The position numbers and the translations under genes were made by a program. Positions 54,084 through 57,816 of a stretch of DNA of 57,816 bases are shown one piece after another; within the stretch, counting starts at the first letter, position 1, and every line of letters begins with the position of its first letter. Origin of the DNA: Candidatus Brennerbacteria bacterium. Lineage in GTDB: Bacteria; Patescibacteriota; Minisyncoccia; UBA6257; GWB1-50-10. The notes below the pieces were generated by a model. The model searched no databases and was not told where the DNA came from. It worked only from the letters and a program-made list of their open reading frames with translations. Location of the stretch: the NCBI GenBank assembly GCA_043799565.1, contig JAZDNP010000004.1, positions 1 through 57,816 of the forward strand. The letters run 5' to 3'.

Positions 54084-57013
54084 GCCACATGAAAGTTCCT
54101 CTCTCTATATTGCGTGCGGCACTTACCGTATTTCTCGTGTTTGGTGCTGCTACTACTGCGCACGCGTTCATCGGCCCCGGCACGCAATCCCCGGGTTCTG
54201 GTGGCGGACTTTTCTACGTTGACCCAAACAGGAACATCGGGTTCGGGACTTCATCCTCAACGCCCGTTTCCACATTCAACCCGACATCCACAGAGAGCGG
54301 GCCATCCAATTTCGGGTACGTGTTCACGGTGGCGTCCACTTCAAACCCCGGTATCGCCGTTAAGAAAACCAGTGCCACTGGTTTTGGGTATGTGCAGTAC
54401 ATATGGTCGGTGCGTGATTTCGGCAATCTCCAACTCTACCGCGAGGCCTCGAACCTCCCTGGCTTCGCTATCTTTGATATAAACCCATATGGTGACGTTG
54501 CGATTGGGCAAAAGGCGACGTCTACCGGAGTGGGAGTGCCGGCCCGACTTTTTGTGGGTGGCAGTATAAAAGCAGCTGAAAATGTTATAGCAAGTAGCTC
54601 GTTCATCGGGAACGCGGCGAATCTCACCGGCGTTTCTCCCCTCTCGATTTCCGGCGGATTTTTTCAGAATGCGGTGTACGCATTCCCCGGCCCTGGCGGA
54701 GGGGCCGCCTCTCTTGCAGTTGGTACTTCTACGATCGCTAATTTGCCCCAAGTTCTCTCTGTATACGGCGGCGGGTATTTTAGCGGCTCGGTCGGCATCG
54801 GGACGACCACACCGGCTACAACCCTGCAAATAGTCTCAAGCGGGAATAACGGCGTTGCAATAGGTACCACCGGTTACCCATCTTGGATGGGAAACAATGG
54901 TTTGTACGTTGATGGAGCTTTTAGGGCCGGCACTTACTTGGTTGCTAGCGGAGGGAGTGTAACTTGGGGCGCGTCGACGGCTTATATTGTGGGATATAGT
55001 TCCGGTTCGTCCATGAATCTTCGGTTTTATACATCAAGTACAGAAAGAGTACGCATCGCAGAAAGCGGCAACGTCGGCATCGGCACCACCACGCCCGCTT
55101 CGCGCCTTACCGTAATCGGCTCCAGTACCATTACCGATGATATTTACTTGACCGACAGCAAATCTCTCCGGTTGGATTCGGCCGCCGCGACCACGCTTTT
55201 GATTGGTAACTATAACAGCGGCAGTTTTACCTACGGTACTGGCGCGGGCACCGCTTCGCTCGCGGTAGAAGGGGATGTGAAAGGCAATCGCTTATGCTTC
55301 GGCGACGCGGATTGTCAAACCTCCTGGTCCGGCATCGTGGGCGCGGGCGGGGGTAATTATTGGATACAGTCCGGAAGCAACCTCTACCCCTCCAGCACGA
55401 GCTGGAACGTGGGGATTGGGACGACGACACCTTCCGCACAATTACACCTTTACAGCACAAATGTTCCTGAGATCAGATTGCAGGATGATAGTAGCGCCGA
55501 TTATTCATATCTTACTACAAATACCGGTCAGGATTTTGTTTTAGCCGTTACGGGCTCTAACCCGATAAGGTTTTATACAAATGGGAATGAAAGAGTGCGA
55601 TTTGATGAAAATGGTAATGTCGGTATCGGGACCTCGACGCCATCACAAAAGCTCACAATAGTGGGGAATATAGAAATTAACAATACTATTGCCGGAGTTC
55701 CTCAAATAAGGTTCTTTGAATCTGATTCCGCTTATACAGAATCTATGAGATTGTTAAGGAATAATGATAAATTAAGCTTGACTTATGGTCATAATGCAAA
55801 TGAGGAAGCATTAACCATTACCAATACCGGTAATGTCGGCATCGGCACCACCACCCCCTCTAAGAAACTGCACGTCGAGTCCGGCGGAGCGAACTCCGCC
55901 ATCTTCAGCGATCCCATCACCATCGGGTACACCTTTGCCTCCACCGACGCGGCCCGCAAGGACTACGTAGACAACAATTTCGCCCCCATCGGCGGCGCAA
56001 GTGGGGTGTGGCAACTCTCCGGCTCCAACCTCTACGCCTCCAGCACGAGCTGGAATGTGGGGATTGGGACCTCGACGCCAGTAGCCGCCCTCAATGTTCT
56101 TTCGTCTTCCAATGACATTTCCCGCTTAGCGGGGACTGCGGTAACAGGTGGGTATCAGTCATTCTATGACAACGCCTCGGGAACCACTCGTGGCTATGTG
56201 GGGTACGGCTCAACCCTGTTTACCGCGCAACCCATCACAACGTTTGGTATCCGCTCGCAGGGCGCTTTGGCTCTCGGCCGTTCCGGCTCAGCGATTTCGA
56301 TGTTGATAGACACTTCCGGCAACGTCGGCATCGGCACCACCACGCCTGCCAAGAAACTGCATGTCGAGTCCGGCGGGGCGAACTCCGCCATCTTCAGCGA
56401 TCCCATCACCATCGGGTACCCCGCCTCTTCCACCGACGCCGCGCGGAAGGACTACGTGGACTTGGCGATAGGTGCGGTCAGTAGCTCTACCGCCACCGCT
56501 TACGCGACGAGTTCCGGCGCATGCGATATAGACGCTACCTGCGAGATGAACGGTGCAAATCTCCAAGGAGGAGACATTTTGGGAGTAGACAAGCTCACCG
56601 TAACTACCATCGACCCGCTCTATCAAATCGGGGCCGTGAAGTATGCAACGTATGCCGCATCCATCGCGGGCGGCGTGAAGGAAGAATATGTCGGGAGTGC
56701 GACCCTCGCGAGGTTCAATAAAAAAGCGGACGCATATGAATATACGATCGACTTTGACGCCATAAACGACGGCTCTTCGCTCTGGGTGTGGAGGAAAACG
56801 GTTGAGTTCGGGAAAGACACCGTGCAGGTTTTGATGACGCCGTACGGTCAGTCCGCAAATCTCTACTATCTTATTCAGGACAATAAGCTTGTGCTTCGGG
56901 GAGATAAACCGGCAGAATTTTCCTTCCGGCTCATCGGCAACCGTTTTGACTGGCGTGATTGGCCAACGCTTGCAAAGGACCAAACCGAGCGCGCGGGTCT
57001 CTACATTAAATGA
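54080..57013 (+). CDS. large secreted fibre-like repeat protein (about 977 aa)
   Basis: Signal peptide MSHMKVPLSILRAALTVFLVFGAATTAHA. About 8 copies of the GNVGIGTTTPxxxL motif. ATGA overlap with the upstream gene. Confidence 0.7.
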   Translation: MSHMKVPLSILRAALTVFLVFGAATTAHAFIGPGTQSPGSGGGLFYVDPNRNIGFGTSSSTPVSTFNPTSTESGPSNFGYVFTVASTSNPGIAVKKTSATGFGYVQYIWSVRDFGNLQLYREASNLPGFAIFDINPYGDVAIGQKATSTGVGVPARLFVGGSIKAAENVIASSSFIGNAANLTGVSPLSISGGFFQNAVYAFPGPGGGAASLAVGTSTIANLPQVLSVYGGGYFSGSVGIGTTTPATTLQIVSSGNNGVAIGTTGYPSWMGNNGLYVDGAFRAGTYLVASGGSVTWGASTAYIVGYSSGSSMNLRFYTSSTERVRIAESGNVGIGTTTPASRLTVIGSSTITDDIYLTDSKSLRLDSAAATTLLIGNYNSGSFTYGTGAGTASLAVEGDVKGNRLCFGDADCQTSWSGIVGAGGGNYWIQSGSNLYPSSTSWNVGIGTTTPSAQLHLYSTNVPEIRLQDDSSADYSYLTTNTGQDFVLAVTGSNPIRFYTNGNERVRFDENGNVGIGTSTPSQKLTIVGNIEINNTIAGVPQIRFFESDSAYTESMRLLRNNDKLSLTYGHNANEEALTITNTGNVGIGTTTPSKKLHVESGGANSAIFSDPITIGYTFASTDAARKDYVDNNFAPIGGASGVWQLSGSNLYASSTSWNVGIGTSTPVAALNVLSSSNDISRLAGTAVTGGYQSFYDNASGTTRGYVGYGSTLFTAQPITTFGIRSQGALALGRSGSAISMLIDTSGNVGIGTTTPAKKLHVESGGANSAIFSDPITIGYPASSTDAARKDYVDLAIGAVSSSTATAYATSSGACDIDATCEMNGANLQGGDILGVDKLTVTTIDPLYQIGAVKYATYAASIAGGVKEEYVGSATLARFNKKADAYEYTIDFDAINDGSSLWVWRKTVEFGKDTVQVLMTPYGQSANLYYLIQDNKLVLRGDKPAEFSFRLIGNRFDWRDWPTLAKDQTERAGLYIK
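55829..55972 (+). repeat. 144-nt intragenic repeat, copy 1
   Basis: GGTAATGTCGGCATCGGCACCACCACCCCCTCTAAGAAACTGCACGTCGAGTCCGGCGG... is nearly identical to 56318-56461. Confidence 0.8.
56318..56461 (+). repeat. 144-nt intragenic repeat, copy 2
   Basis: Encodes GNVGIGTTTPAKKLHVESGGANSAIFSDPITIGY...STDAARKDYVD, as does copy 1. Confidence 0.8.
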
Positions 57014-57067
57014 TGTGGTACAATGGAATTACAGTCGTAAAGGTCGTTGCTAATTATTCAATACGCT

Positions 57068-57628
57068 ATGGATGAAAATAAAAAAGTAGTGTGGTGGATC
57101 GTGGGCGGCGTGATACTCGGCGTGGTGGTCATCTACTTCGCGGTCTCGGGCGGTGTTGACCTCTCGGGAACACCATCATATGAAGGCGTGCAAACCGAGC
57201 AAGGCACGGTGGTGGTGCCGGGAACGAACCCAGTATCTGACGAGGGCGTGGTAGTGAACGAACAGGGGGTGGAGGTGCAGTCGGACGCTCCGTACGGTTC
57301 CGCCGAGGCGCCCCAGCAGTCCGCGTTGGTGAACAAAGAAGAGTTGCCGGATTCGGTCATACAGATAGAGCAATTATCCAATAGCTTCTCGCCGTCCCAG
57401 TTCACCGTGAATGCGGGGAGAGCGGTCGTGCTTTCGGTGACGGCGCAAAGTGGTTGCAGTTTTCGTTTCCAGGACGCGGCTTTGAGCGCCATCGGAGTGG
57501 GTGTTGGTCCCGGCGAGACGAGGGTAGTGCCTTTCAACGCTCCGGAGATAAAAGGGAGGTACCAGTTCTTCTGTGACATTCCGGGGTATGAAACTCGCGG
57601 TTGGGTTGGCACGATGATAGTTGAATAG
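57068..57628 (+). CDS. membrane-anchored cupredoxin-like domain protein (degenerate metal site)
   Basis: TM VVWWIVGGVILGVVVIYFAV. C-terminal FSPSQFTVNAGRAVVLSV...YQFFCDIPGYETRGWVGTMIVE. Start trimmed to an ATG. Confidence 0.55.
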   Translation: MDENKKVVWWIVGGVILGVVVIYFAVSGGVDLSGTPSYEGVQTEQGTVVVPGTNPVSDEGVVVNEQGVEVQSDAPYGSAEAPQQSALVNKEELPDSVIQIEQLSNSFSPSQFTVNAGRAVVLSVTAQSGCSFRFQDAALSAIGVGVGPGETRVVPFNAPEIKGRYQFFCDIPGYETRGWVGTMIVE

Positions 57629-57715
57629 TAGAAGCTGATAACGCGGAATTGTACGCGGATAAACGCAGACAAACGGACGAGTTTTGACTTGTCCGGTTGG
57701 TTTATAATTACATCA

Positions 57716-57816
57716 ATGCCAGGACACCTCATTTATAAAGATCTAAGCTATCAAATCAGAGGGTCTTGTTGTGAGGTGTATAAGAAATTTGGCGGCGATT
57801 TTAAGGAAAGTGTTAT
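57716..57816 (+). CDS. GxxExxY family protein, 5' fragment (runs off the window)
   Basis: MPGHLIYKDLSYQIRGSCCEVYKKFGGDFKESV resembles the N-terminus typical of GxxExxY (PD-(D/E)XK-like) proteins. Confidence 0.5.
   Translation, partial: MPGHLIYKDLSYQIRGSCCEVYKKFGGDFKESV

Noticed and set aside
57684-57706. TTGACT ... TATAAT upstream of the terminal GxxExxY gene, considered as a promoter.
   Set aside because: The spacer is only about 13 nt by my count, too short for a functional sigma70-type promoter in this register.

Overview
This window reads as a chromosomal segment of a small-genome, CPR/Patescibacteria-like bacterium. That assignment is an inference from gene content: short IF-2, a secretin-less type IV pilus locus, giant secreted repeat proteins, and small GIY-YIG, four-helix-bundle and GxxExxY genes. 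The genetic code looks standard, since TGA, TAA and TAG all terminate well-supported genes.

Housekeeping genes present are infB, rbfA, tyrS, clpP, ligA, gatCA, a PheRS, recG, cca, rplU, recR, dnaB and cysS. There are 14 tRNA genes, a complete pilM-N-O-B-T-C / pilin / pilD / minor-pilin locus next to comF, an ABC exporter, a Kef-type antiporter and several very large secreted proteins. I found no rRNA genes and no CRISPR array.

The unusual feature is a high density of small selfish elements sitting exactly on gene or tRNA boundaries:
- A family of elements bounded by 14-15 bp inverted repeats. One copy carries a 94-aa GIY-YIG nuclease and two copies are ORF-less minis. Each sits precisely on the ATG of a host gene (pilM, pilC, cca) and regenerates the sequence ATGAA.
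- A second GIY-YIG cassette inserted in tRNA-Gly, with the tRNA 5' part duplicated.
- A group I intron in the anticodon loop of the initiator tRNA, next to an HTH/LAGLIDADG-like ORF.
- A free-standing double-motif LAGLIDADG ORF that overlaps tRNA-Cys.
- Orphan 3' fragments of tRNA-Glu and tRNA-Ser.
- A large serine recombinase whose ORF runs through tRNA-Arg.
- A four-helix-bundle (IVS-type) gene flanked by inverted heptad-repeat arrays.

A single-chain, mitochondrial-type PheRS is also present. All coordinates were worked out by hand from the sequence. No database search or folding program was run.
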